A DNA stretch of 62,939 bases, filler included, from Craspedostauros australis (lineage: Eukaryota): assembly GCA_030167865.1 (NCBI GenBank). It is 10 parts of 10 records of this genome, joined end to end, with 100 filler letters (N's around TTAATTAATTAA, not from the genome) between each part and the next. Parts side by side here need not be neighbours in the genome. Positions count along the whole stretch, not along the records: positions 1 to 1,274 come from JALAGF010005775.1; positions 1,375 to 3,896 come from JALAGF010005776.1; positions 3,997 to 22,177 come from JALAGF010005777.1; 7 more parts are not named here. One strand, written 5' to 3'. Positions 1-10,242 of the stretch are shown piece after piece. The translations under genes were made by a program, and so were the position numbers. The notes below the pieces were generated by a model. The model had not been told where the DNA came from and searched no databases. It was given only the letters and a program-made list of their open reading frames with translations. Numbering within the stretch: position 1 is the first letter of the stretch; each line of letters begins with the position of its first letter.

Positions 1-1274
1 GTTGCGAACACGAACGGAACCGGAATTGCCAGCGGACCCGGAATGCGGTACTGTCCCGCGGGCCTCATCCGTCGATGCCGCATACACATGCAGGCGATCG
101 AGGTCGGCGAGCGCGGATTCATCATCATCATCGTCCGCGAGAGCGCGGACATCATCAAGACCGAACTCCTGATCGAGGATGGAAGGGTCCCAGACGTCAT
201 CGGACGTGAAGTCCACATGAGGGTACNNNNNNNNNNNNNNNNNNNNNNNNNNNNNNNNNNNNNNNNNNNNNNNNNNNNNNNNNNNNNNNNNNNNNNNNNN
301 NNNNNNNNNNNNNNNNNNNNNNNNNNNNNNNNNNNNNNNNNNNNNNNNNNNNNNNNNNNNNNNNNNNNNNNNNAACGCGGAGAGTTGGTTGGTAGAGTGG
401 ATGGACTTGCCCTTCCCGTATAGAGCGTACTGATGGAACTTGGCGATGATCGGGCCACTGCTCGTATGAAGCAGGGCCGCGACCGTACCAATATCCAAAC
501 TCGCAATGGTGGAATCACCAACGCCGCTCACGTCAGCCGTGGTACCCGTCTTGCACAGGACCAGAACGTCGTCACCAGCAAGGCCGCCATTGGCGCCACT
601 GTCGACGAGTGCACCCGTCTTCGCCGCCACCGAGGTCTCGAAGTTGTAGCGGACCACGNNNNNNNNNNNNNNNNNNNNNNNNNNNNNNNNNNNNNNNNNN
701 NNNNNNNNCATTGGCGCCACTGTCGACGAGTGCACCCGTCTTCGCCGCCACCGAGGTCTCGAAGTTGTAGCGGACCACGGTGGAGTTGACACATCGCCAT
801 GCGCCACCCTCCGAATCGACGAAGTCAGCGGTCGATTGACTGGACGGACGCGCCTGGGCGAGCATGCGGTTGATGGCAGATCCCGGGGGACCGCCCTTGG
901 GTTCCGCAGTGCCCCCGGAACCTGACGGCGTGGAGGACCCTGGTACCGTGTCNGACGAAGAGTTCCCAGAGGACNTGGCTTTATTGGCAGCACGTGAAGT
1001 GTCNCCCTTGCCAGCACCACGGGANNAGTTGTTGTGCATGTAGTCCTTCTTCTGGGCCCAAGACATNGTNGCCCACTCCTCATTCGGAATGCGGGTACGC
1101 TTGTCGTTGGTGTAAGTCTTGCCGTTGCCTTTGGCAGGAGACTTGCCCGAAGAACCACCCTTTCCCTTGCCAGTCGTAGCGTTGTTGACGTTACGCTTTT
1201 GAACCTGACGAGGATGAGAGGAATCGAGGCGTTGAGCATGGATCCGAACCGAGTTGAGATGGTGATCGAATCCA
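1..1274 (-). mobile_element. Ty1/copia (CoDi-type) gag-protease fragment, truncated at both scaffold ends
   Basis: Minus-strand translation gives GPPGSAINRMLAQAR...GALVDSGANGGLAGDDVLVLCKTG...PIIAKFHQYALYGKGKSIHS. This is clearly homologous to the protease region (LVDSGANGGLAGDD) of the element at 43311-48291. Confidence 0.85.
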
Positions 1275-1374
1275 NNNNNNNNNNNNNNNNNNNNNNNNNN
1301 NNNNNNNNNNNNNNNNNNTTAATTAATTAANNNNNNNNNNNNNNNNNNNNNNNNNNNNNNNNNNNNNNNNNNNN
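1275..1374. other. Artificial scaffold-joining spacer (44 N + TTAATTAATTAA + 44 N). The same 12-mer occurs at 1319, 3941, 22222, 29276, 39190, 41201, 48336, 49594 and 57528
   Basis: Identical 12-mer with stops in all six frames, embedded in N runs nine times. Confidence 0.97.
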
Positions 1375-1415
1375 GTGTGGTTTGTTCCGCCGCCCAAGAT
1401 GGCGGCGAGCGGGCT

Positions 1416-3896
1416 TCATTCGGACTGTTCGTTGTTGTCGTAGTAGCCGCGGCCTTGGCGGCGGTTGGTGAGCATGGCTTCCAATGCCTTGTTCAACGAG
1501 GAGGTGATGCTGACCTGCTGAACTTGGTTGATATGGTCGAGCCCTCCGCAGAAGAGGATATCGGCGAGGGTTTGGATGACCATAGGTGTCCTCTCGTCGT
1601 TTTGGAGGACGGCCTTGATCTGAGCTGTGGGGTCGGGAGGCATCTGGAAGATGGACGGTTGCATCATCGTTGGTCCTCGGTCGCTGGACATGATGTATCC
1701 GGATCGAAGGCGTCGGGGTGACGGGTATGCTATCGCTGGTCGGGTATCCGTTCGGGCTCTCTTGTTAGCATTGCTGGTCTCCGGAGTGTCGGGGGTCGAT
1801 GGTAGGGGATGTTTCGAGGCACGGAGTTGGCGGGTATTGATGCTCGCATACTCATTGTGGTTCACAGGTGCCGGGTACGCGGTTGCTACCGGCACGTCAT
1901 CATCGGTTGGTCCCTCCGGTGGTGTGGGGACCTCTGGTTGCTCATCCTGGGTTGTGGGAGGCACCGGTTCCACCGTTTCGGTAGGTTCTTCCACGGTCGT
2001 GGTGGGGGCCCTTTCTGTGTTGATGGTCCCACTTGTGGATTTCTTGGCGGACCTGACTTGTTTGATCATCTTGATTCCCGATGTCCCCGAGGAAATGGTG
2101 GAGTCCTCGGATTCGTTGAAGAGCCCCTCTCTCTTGGGACGGTTGCTTTGCTTGCTGCTGGCTCCAGAGCTGGTTCGTCGTGGCGCTTGGTTTCGTTTGG
2201 CTGACTTGCCTTCTGGTCGGTAGATGGACCCAGACTCGTCGCTGTCGCCGGGCTCTTGGGCGGACGCGCTGTCCACGGAGTGGTCGGTTGGGATCACGGG
2301 CTTTGGTCGCACCTTGTCGGTGTACCCTTGTCCATCTCGCGTGGCGGTCAAGATTTTGGACGCCGGTGATGGTCGTGATGATCGTCTGAGGGGGAGTCTG
2401 GGATGGCTGATCACCGCTCCACTTGCGATCTCTGCTTCCACGTCAATCACACTTCCTGGGTCCTGTGATTCTTGGTCTCCATCGCGGTACGCCCCTGATT
2501 CAGATTCCTGATGGCTGGTTTCTTCTGCGGTCATCTTCTCGTCGAAGAATCCGTCCGGGATCTCATCCAGGAACCTGCCTTCTAGTGTCTCTCCCTCTTC
2601 GAGACTGGGACGGGTGTCTTCGAGAGATGGTATTCCGTCGACCATGTCATCCTCATCGGTAGGGGGAAAAGGCTCGTTCGCGAGTGCTTCCTTCTCTCGT
2701 GCGAGGTTGATGGCGAGGGTGTCGCTTTGTTTCCGGACCATTCGTGCCTTCCTTGCGCGTGCGAGGATGATTGGGATCCGGTTCATCCTTACCTTGAAGA
2801 AGTGGCATATGGATGGCTTTCGCAAGGTTGCGCGGTACTCATCGGGTGATTCGCCCCATGCGCCGTCCTCTTTGGGGTAGAAGCACTGACCATCGGCTAT
2901 GGCGATGCTGAGGACCTCGGTGGTTTGGAGGTCGTTATCCAGGTATTCGGAGAGGGTGAGAGGGTAGATGGATTGNNNNNNNNNNNNNNNNNNNNNNNNN
3001 NNNNNNNNNNNNNNNNNNNNNNNNGTGCAGAAGATTCGGACTCTGCGGCCACTGTATCCGACGACGATTCCTTGGAAGGGTCCCTTCTTTCCTGCGGGAT
3101 ATAGCACCCTGGATCCGGGGACGGGACATCGAATGCCGTCGTAGAACGGGGTGTACTTCGGGAATGTCATCTTGCGTATCCTCGTCTGGAATGGGGAGAG
3201 GTTGTGTCCGGGGTCCTGGTTGNNNNNNNNNNNNNNNNNNNNNNNNNNNNNNNNNNNNNNNNNNNNNNNNNNTCGGTGGTTTGGAGGTCGTTATCCAGGT
3301 ATTCGGAGAGGGTGAGAGGGTAGATGGATTGCTTCTCTACGTGGGAAACACGGCCAACTGGTGTGTTATCGTTTCCCTTCGTGCAGAAGATTCGGACTCT
3401 GCGGCCACTGTATCCGACGACGATTCCTTGGAAGGGTCCCTTCTTTCCTGCGGGATATAGCACCCTGGATCCGGGGACGGGACATCGAATGCCGTCGTAG
3501 AACGGGGTGTACTTCGGGAATGTCATCTTGCGTATCCTCGTCTGGAATGGGGAGAGGTTGTGTCCGGGGTCCTGGTTGTGGCGGCTCCGTTTTTGTGGTG
3601 AAAGCATGTTCATGTCGCGGAATGCAATAGAGGGTGCGGTCGCGTTCCGTGCCAGGTCTTCTTGGAGATCAGCAATCAACATGTCGCACCTGTATGTTTC
3701 GTGCTCGGGTGTGATGAAAACCCGAGGTGTCAGGCCCGTGTGGAAGGAAGTTTCGCAGTTACTTTCTTTGATGGCTGGCATGGTGACTCCAGGAGGCGGT
3801 TTCCGGAACTTAGTCGATGTGGCGACGTGTGATTGGTTCCTTGGCATGATGGGCCCTGTCTCCAGCATGTCTCTTGGGTAGTAGAGGACGTCGCTT
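1416..3896 (-). CDS. Hypothetical protein, 5'-partial: small beta-rich domain followed by a long acidic/Ser/Thr/Pro low-complexity region. The two ORF-track pieces overlap through an assembly duplication
   Basis: ORFs 1416..3170 and 3167..3868 share the segment MTFPKYTPFYDGIRCPVPGSRVLYPAGKKGPFQGIVVGYSGRRVRIFC, duplicated across a gap. Long open frame, no recognised family. Confidence 0.55.
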
Positions 3897-4572
3897 NNNN
3901 NNNNNNNNNNNNNNNNNNNNNNNNNNNNNNNNNNNNNNNNTTAATTAATTAANNNNNNNNNNNNNNNNNNNNNNNNNNNNNNNNNNNNNNNNNNNNTGCA
4001 TGGGAGTGCATTGGCCGCTACTTGGGATATGACGTGCTTGGTCGGAAGGCGAAGTACCTCCAAGCATTGCAAGCAGAAAAAGCGAGATTGCGCGCACTTG
4101 ATTTATACTCCAAACTCACATCTCCCACCTTCGATTCCCGTCATGTTGAAATTGCACTTCTCTCCTCTCTCTGCGACGATCCCCCTGAAGAGGACACCTT
4201 CTCAGACAAAGACTTCATCGAACTCATGGCTATTTTTTACCGCAGCAAGGCCCAGCGAAGCAAAGCCACACGATGCAAAATGCTCCGCACCATCCTTGCT
4301 GATGACGACAAGGTTCGACGGCGATTCCTGGCCATCAGCGACGCCTCCCTCAAGAAAGACCTTAAAGCTCGTCTCCCCAAGACCAACATAACGAAAATGC
4401 CACGAGAGAAGGTTGTGGAGAGATTGGTTGCCCTGGCGATGAAGGAGATCGAGCAGGAGCCTGACCATCCATCCAGTNNNNNNNNNNNNNNNNNNNNNNN
4501 NNNNNNNNNNNNNNNNNNNNNNNNNNNTTCGTCCACCGCCGCTTCGCGTTCACGAGCACCTCCACCTACAGC

Positions 4573-5475
4573 ATGATACAGAAGGTGCTTGAAAGCGGAG
4601 AGTGGTGCAATACTGACAACACCACCATATTCAATCAACCTGCATGGGAGTGCATTGGCCGCTACTTGGGATATGACGTGCTTGGTCGGAAGGCGAAGTA
4701 CCTCCAAGCATTGCAAGCAGAAAAGGCGAGATTGCGTGCACTTGATTTATACTCCAAACTCACATCTCCCATCTTCAATTCCCGTCATGTTGAAATTGCA
4801 CTTCTCTCTTCTCTCCGCGACGATGCCCCTGAAGAGGATACCTTCTCAGGCAAAGACTTCATCGAACTCATGGCTATTTTTTACCGCAGCAAGGCCCAGC
4901 GAAGCAAAGTCACACGATGCAAAATGCTCCGCACCATCCTTGCTGATGACGACAAGGTTCGACGGCGATTCCTGGCCATCAACGACGCCCTCAAGAAAGA
5001 CCTCAAGGCTCGTCTCCCCAAGACCAACATAACAAAAATGCCACGAGAGAAGGTTGTGGAGAGATTGGTTGCCCTGGCGATGAAGGAGATCGAGCAGGAG
5101 CCTGACCATCCATCCAGTTTCCAGGCAGGAAGCACCACTTCAGAGTGGATGCACAAGCTTGACCACGACCTCACGACTCTCATGTTACAATCGTGGTTCA
5201 TGAAGTTGGTTCGGGGCAAGGCTGAAAAGCTCGCCAAGCTGGGCCACAAAAACGAAGCTCCCCTCATGAAGCAGGCCCTCCACTGTGTTGGAGTGGGCGG
5301 TGAGGGAAGGCAAGTGAAGGCGATGTACCAAGTGGGGGTGGTGCGAAACACCGATGCACCAGCACCACAGAGACCGCAGATGCGCTCGGAGACAACTCCA
5401 CAACGACCGCGAACACGAGCAGCTGCTCAACAAGGAAAGTACAGCCATGGGAATGGGTCAAGATGTAACATATAG
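4573..5475 (+). CDS. Hypothetical, probably transposon-derived protein with a possible truncated YqaJ-like nuclease start; a redundant partial copy lies at 3997-4477
   Basis: 300-aa ORF. LGHKNEAPLMKQA...VKAMYQVGVVRNTD resembles the GxxxE...vG segment of YqaJ-like exonucleases, but the expected SPDG motif does not follow. Confidence 0.4.
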   Translation: MIQKVLESGEWCNTDNTTIFNQPAWECIGRYLGYDVLGRKAKYLQALQAEKARLRALDLYSKLTSPIFNSRHVEIALLSSLRDDAPEEDTFSGKDFIELMAIFYRSKAQRSKVTRCKMLRTILADDDKVRRRFLAINDALKKDLKARLPKTNITKMPREKVVERLVALAMKEIEQEPDHPSSFQAGSTTSEWMHKLDHDLTTLMLQSWFMKLVRGKAEKLAKLGHKNEAPLMKQALHCVGVGGEGRQVKAMYQVGVVRNTDAPAPQRPQMRSETTPQRPRTRAAAQQGKYSHGNGSRCNI

Positions 5476-6706
5476 CAAAGTAATAACACACAAATGTCCA
5501 TCAAATATGGCGTGTGTATCGTTCCTGCAAAGAGGTGCGGCCACAAATCGTTGTGGTGCAAAAGGAAGAACGCTGCGGAACGATCATGTCCTGTGAAGAG
5601 CGTGGAGGACGTGGATAAGCATGCAATGAACGTATGTATACGAAGAACTGTGATGAGATGCAAGTGGCTCAATGCATCCAGGAGAAGCATTGAGCCATAG
5701 TAAGCAGGAGGGCATGCCAGGACATTGAGAAATCGGAAAAAACGATATGAGGGGGGGAAAAAGTGAGCGCGAACAAATAGTTTTAGTCGAGGTGGTCGAA
5801 GAAAATGCCNNNNNNNNNNNNNNNNNNNNNNNNNNNNNNNNNNNNNNNNNNNNNNNNNNTCATGTCCTGTGAAGAGCGTGGAGGACGTGGACAAGCATGC
5901 AATGAACGTATGTATACAAAGAACTGTGATGAGATGCAAGTGGCTCAATGCATCCAGGAGAAGCATTGAGCCATAGTAAACAGGAGGGCATGCCAGGATA
6001 TTGTGAGAAATCGGAAAAAACGATATGAGGGGGGGGAAAAAGTGAGCGCGAACAAATAGTTTTAGTCGAGGTGGTCGAAGAAAATGCCATCGCGATAAAA
6101 CGTCGCGTTACTTGATTTTGGTCTGAGGAGACCAATTTTGGCACCCCTCGAATCTGCTTGGTCTCCTGAGACAATTTTGGACTTTTATCGTGGACGAATT
6201 TCTTTATGGATATGGCGATTGTGCTGCAGCATCCATCGCCTTTGGAGATGGGTGTTGGGATCATCGATGAATTCGAGGATGTTCGTTGACGATGGCATGC
6301 TGGTCACAAAGGGTGTCAGGGTTGTTCTGTGCGGTACTCCTGGTCCTTTCCAAACGCGTCCCGAGCTCTTGGTGGGGCAAAACACAAGGAACAAGGCAAC
6401 GACACAGCGGAGTCTTGAGCTCTCTCTCTCTCCCTCTCTCTCTGTGGTGACCAAACCGCCCAAGAAGGTGTTGGTGCCGCCAGCGCATCCACCACACCAT
6501 TCTCATAGTACACACGGGGTCTGCGACCTGTTACAAAGGGAGGCCGTGCTTCCTCGAGGATCTGGTTCTTGCAATCTTGTCCCGTGGCTTTTGGTGAGGC
6601 TGTGCTCAGAACCATGATCGTAACATAATTTCGTTGTCACAAACTGAACAGCCTGCGCAACGAAAGTCTCCGAAAGACGACAAAACGCAACCGTAGCATC
6701 CACATC

Positions 6707-9142
6707 ATGAAGCGTTCTTTGAACATCGGCGATAGTAGCGACGGGCAGCCTTACGACGACTACATCTTCAACCAACAGGATGACACTTCCTGTTTCAATG
6801 ACTGGATGAAGACCTTGCTGTCTGAACCGATCGGCGAGCTGGATGGAACACAGGGCTTGGCTGATGGAATCGCAGACGATGGAAACACGCGAGCAACCGA
6901 CCTTCGCGGTGGTTCCATGGAATTAGTTTCCCCAACACTCACGTCAACATCGCAATCAACGCCGCAACCTACCAATGCATCTGACACTGACGCCGACATT
7001 GACACACAACAGCAGCACCTGCAGCAAGTCCATCAACATCGACTCAATACAAACAAGGACCATCAAACGGTTGAGAACCGAGCATTTTCATCTTCAAACA
7101 ACAGAATCGGCGAACGGAATCAAGAACTTGACGCTGGCGTCATCGTCGATAGCAATAGCGATGACACTAGCAACAATACCCGCAACGGTGCGCTTTACGC
7201 CAATCTCGATGCGGTGCTGGAATCGCAGGGGCTGCCACGCCGTCCATCTGGAGTGCTGCGACCGCACGGAACATCACAAGCACAGGCGCAAGCGAAGGAA
7301 CGCTACAAGAGCGATGGTTTCATTGACGAAACACTGCGGCGAATCGGAAGGGATATACTCGTAGCGGACGAAGCGAAGGAAATCGATCCCCAAAGCATCG
7401 ATGCGACTACCTTGGTCACCAGAGAATTGAACGAGCTCACCCTTCGTGAGCGAGAACGGATATATGCCGATATCAACGGTGTCAGCGAAGTGACCGAGGA
7501 GACTCCTGAACTGTTGAAATCGACTCTCGAAAACCTGCAGGTGGAGCTGATCCTGATCGCCAAGAAGCCAGCCTACGAGATGGCGCAACAAGACTCGCTG
7601 ATGTACGTCGAAGATCGGTCGCTCCGGCTCCGTTTTCTGCGCTCCGTGGACTTCGATGCAGCGAAGGCAGCCAAGAAGTTCGTTGGGTGGTTCGACTTCA
7701 AACTTGAGCTGTTTGGGCGCGAAAAGCTGTGCTCCCAAATCACGCTGGACAATCTTTCACCAGACGCGCAGGCGACCTTGAAGAGTGGTCGGATGCAGAT
7801 GCTGCCACGCAGAGACGTGGCCGGCCGTGCCGTCCTCTGCGATATGCTTCGAGAACACGCAAGGGTGTTCAAGTCAACCATCAGCATGATGCAAGCAGGG
7901 TTTTACTTTTGCACGGCCATCCTGGATGATGAAGAGACCCAGAAGAGCGGCCTCATCTGCCTCCACTACGCTCGCAATTGGGTGTTCGATCTCAGCAAGG
8001 AGCAACGGGAGTGCTTCTGGAAGATGTGCCAGATGACTGTCTGCATGCCGGTCAAACTACAGGCCTTCCACTTCATTGCCGAGCGTGAATCATTGCTGAT
8101 CAAGCAATTCATCAACCTTATCAGGCTCGGGGTCGCCAAGGAGGTTCGCCACAGGTTCCTCACCCACTTCGGTTCTCAGATGGAGTGCCACTACTCGCTC
8201 ATGGGGTACGGCGTGCCCATCTCGCTCGTCCCAGTGACTGACAAGGGTGGCCTCAGGACGAGCAATCACTTGAAGTGGATGGAATATCGGCAGAGGAAAG
8301 AGTCGGTCCTGAGCATGCAACTTAACATGATGGCTGAGATGCCCATGATGTCAATGATGGCAGCCCACCATGGCGGTGCTCAACCTTTGCAGCAGCAGCA
8401 GCAGCAATCGGAGCTCAAAGATCAAGCACTGCAAGCCAGCAATTCCATCGATCGTGGCACTGCCCAGGCGACAACCAAGGTCAATTCCTCTACACCAACC
8501 GACATGACCTTAGAGCTTGCGCAGGTGCACGCGCATCAATGCAATACAATTTCGAGCAACACATCCCCTTCCTTCACGAGCGGTGATGTCGAAGCGGACA
8601 GCGACATATATCGAACTCAAAGAGCAAAGGTCGATCATCGGTCCGAGATCGCCCATGCGAGTACTCAGAATACTCAGGCTGCTCGTTCTCCCGGCGCTGA
8701 GCCAGCAGAGTCACCGGGAGCACCATCATCGGCCGATTCGAAAGCATGCTGCGACAAGGAGCTTCTACCGGAACTAATCGATCTACCATCAAGGTACGAC
8801 GTTCTGTTGGGACGTGGTAGGCCTTTCCAGGAGCATTCTGGGAACAAGTACCTCAAAGACCTCATCGTCGAATGGTACGGCCAGTATGATGTAGCCACGA
8901 AGATAGAAAAGACAGCGATGGCAGAGCATCTTGTCAATTTGATCAAGAGAAAAGGAGGGAACTTCCTGAAGAAAAACAAGGACGGATTCTGGGTCAAGGC
9001 AGCATTCATCGAGTCTCGCACCAAGGTGTCCCATGGCTTCCGCAAGAAACGGGAGATGGACTCGCATTCCAAGGTGGGTCGATCCGCTGAGGCCAGAAAG
9101 CCGCATCTACACGGTGACAAACGCCGATGCGTGGGGGTCTAG
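6707..9142 (+). CDS. CRAL-TRIO/SEC14-like + C-terminal DUF6824-like protein, paralogue 1
   Basis: 811-aa intronless ORF. RLRFLRSVDFDAAKAAKKFVGWFDFKLELFG and QMLPRRDVAGRAVL are CRAL-TRIO-like; DVLLGRGRPFQEHSGN...GGNFLKK...KVSHGFRKKRE is DUF6824-like. Confidence 0.85.
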   Translation: MKRSLNIGDSSDGQPYDDYIFNQQDDTSCFNDWMKTLLSEPIGELDGTQGLADGIADDGNTRATDLRGGSMELVSPTLTSTSQSTPQPTNASDTDADIDTQQQHLQQVHQHRLNTNKDHQTVENRAFSSSNNRIGERNQELDAGVIVDSNSDDTSNNTRNGALYANLDAVLESQGLPRRPSGVLRPHGTSQAQAQAKERYKSDGFIDETLRRIGRDILVADEAKEIDPQSIDATTLVTRELNELTLRERERIYADINGVSEVTEETPELLKSTLENLQVELILIAKKPAYEMAQQDSLMYVEDRSLRLRFLRSVDFDAAKAAKKFVGWFDFKLELFGREKLCSQITLDNLSPDAQATLKSGRMQMLPRRDVAGRAVLCDMLREHARVFKSTISMMQAGFYFCTAILDDEETQKSGLICLHYARNWVFDLSKEQRECFWKMCQMTVCMPVKLQAFHFIAERESLLIKQFINLIRLGVAKEVRHRFLTHFGSQMECHYSLMGYGVPISLVPVTDKGGLRTSNHLKWMEYRQRKESVLSMQLNMMAEMPMMSMMAAHHGGAQPLQQQQQQSELKDQALQASNSIDRGTAQATTKVNSSTPTDMTLELAQVHAHQCNTISSNTSPSFTSGDVEADSDIYRTQRAKVDHRSEIAHASTQNTQAARSPGAEPAESPGAPSSADSKACCDKELLPELIDLPSRYDVLLGRGRPFQEHSGNKYLKDLIVEWYGQYDVATKIEKTAMAEHLVNLIKRKGGNFLKKNKDGFWVKAAFIESRTKVSHGFRKKREMDSHSKVGRSAEARKPHLHGDKRRCVGV

Positions 9143-10242
9143 AGACATCAAAGTTCTCAAGGAGAGAGCGAGATTGTTACTCTTTGGTCGAAGTGGTGAT
9201 GCTGTTGTCGCTGTCGCTGCCGCTGTTACTTTTTCACCAGTACGAACTCGTATTATTACGGTACGATCATAACTTATTGTAGAATACCTTTTAAATGGTA
9301 CGGTTCGTACCAAATGGTACCACTCGTAGCATCATGCCCTTGCTTTTTTCTGATGTAGACACTAGTATTCGTTGGTACGAGCGCTTGTGCTTTGGTTGCG
9401 CTACAGGAAACAGCTGCGTCAGAGGTCTCAGTCCTCTGGTGCATACTGAAAGCACCGTACCGAACCAAGGCAGTGTCAGAGTACAATACCGGGATACGCT
9501 TTGCTACGAACATGGCACAACAGCTCTATGTGACTGAATGGGCCCGCACGCAGGTACCTACGCACGGTACTCGTACCATAGCTTGTACATATTAGCACAT
9601 ACGAAGTCTTCAGACACAGAGGTTGATCTACATCGTTTTACGAGCTATCCCAAGAGTGGAGCAACACGAGTAGGTCGCGCGATCACTACATACGGATGAT
9701 AACTTTGCGATTGTGCTTCATTGTGAAACACTAGATCTATCCTACGAGCAACTCGCCACGCCCCAGTTGTGATGGTAGCTCTGCGTGCTCTGGCTTGTGC
9801 TCTAGGTCGTACATGCTCTGCTACTACTCGAGTACAAAAAGTGCATGTCGTAATTTGTCGCGGGTGACATGCGACATTCCACATCCGCCCCCAACAAACA
9901 CTTGGTCCACGTTTGGTATCCACGACGCAAGAAACTATTCGTGGTTGATACGCGAGATCATTGAAGAATGTTCAGAAATCAGCCTCCACACTGTTGTGGC
10001 CCTCGCACACCACAAAGACAGAACATGGAACAAGTTGACAACATGCTGGCCTTTCCACGCACACGAACTCGAGACGGCAACATCATCGCCATCATCACAA
10101 CCGCTATCACAATCAACAATAGCGAGATCAGCGCAGCACCAACATCGCAAATACCAATCCGAGACAAGCCCCGAGGCCTTGCGGAATTCGTGTGAACAAA
10201 CCCAACAGAAGAGTTAATAAAGCAAGAAACAAGACAGCAAAC

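Noticed and set aside
589..780. Apparent tandem duplications flanking ~50-N gaps (also ~2915-3580, 3997-5117, 5585-6090, 24770-25900, 29440-31570, 39840-40640, 45970-46680, 61764-61967)
   Set aside because: Each pair abuts a gap and differs by few SNPs, consistent with unmerged overlapping contigs, haplotypes or repeat copies rather than true tandem genes.
1319..1330. Recurrent TTAATTAATTAA as a biological repeat or regulatory motif
   Set aside because: Always centred in N padding with stops in all frames; it is an assembly linker.
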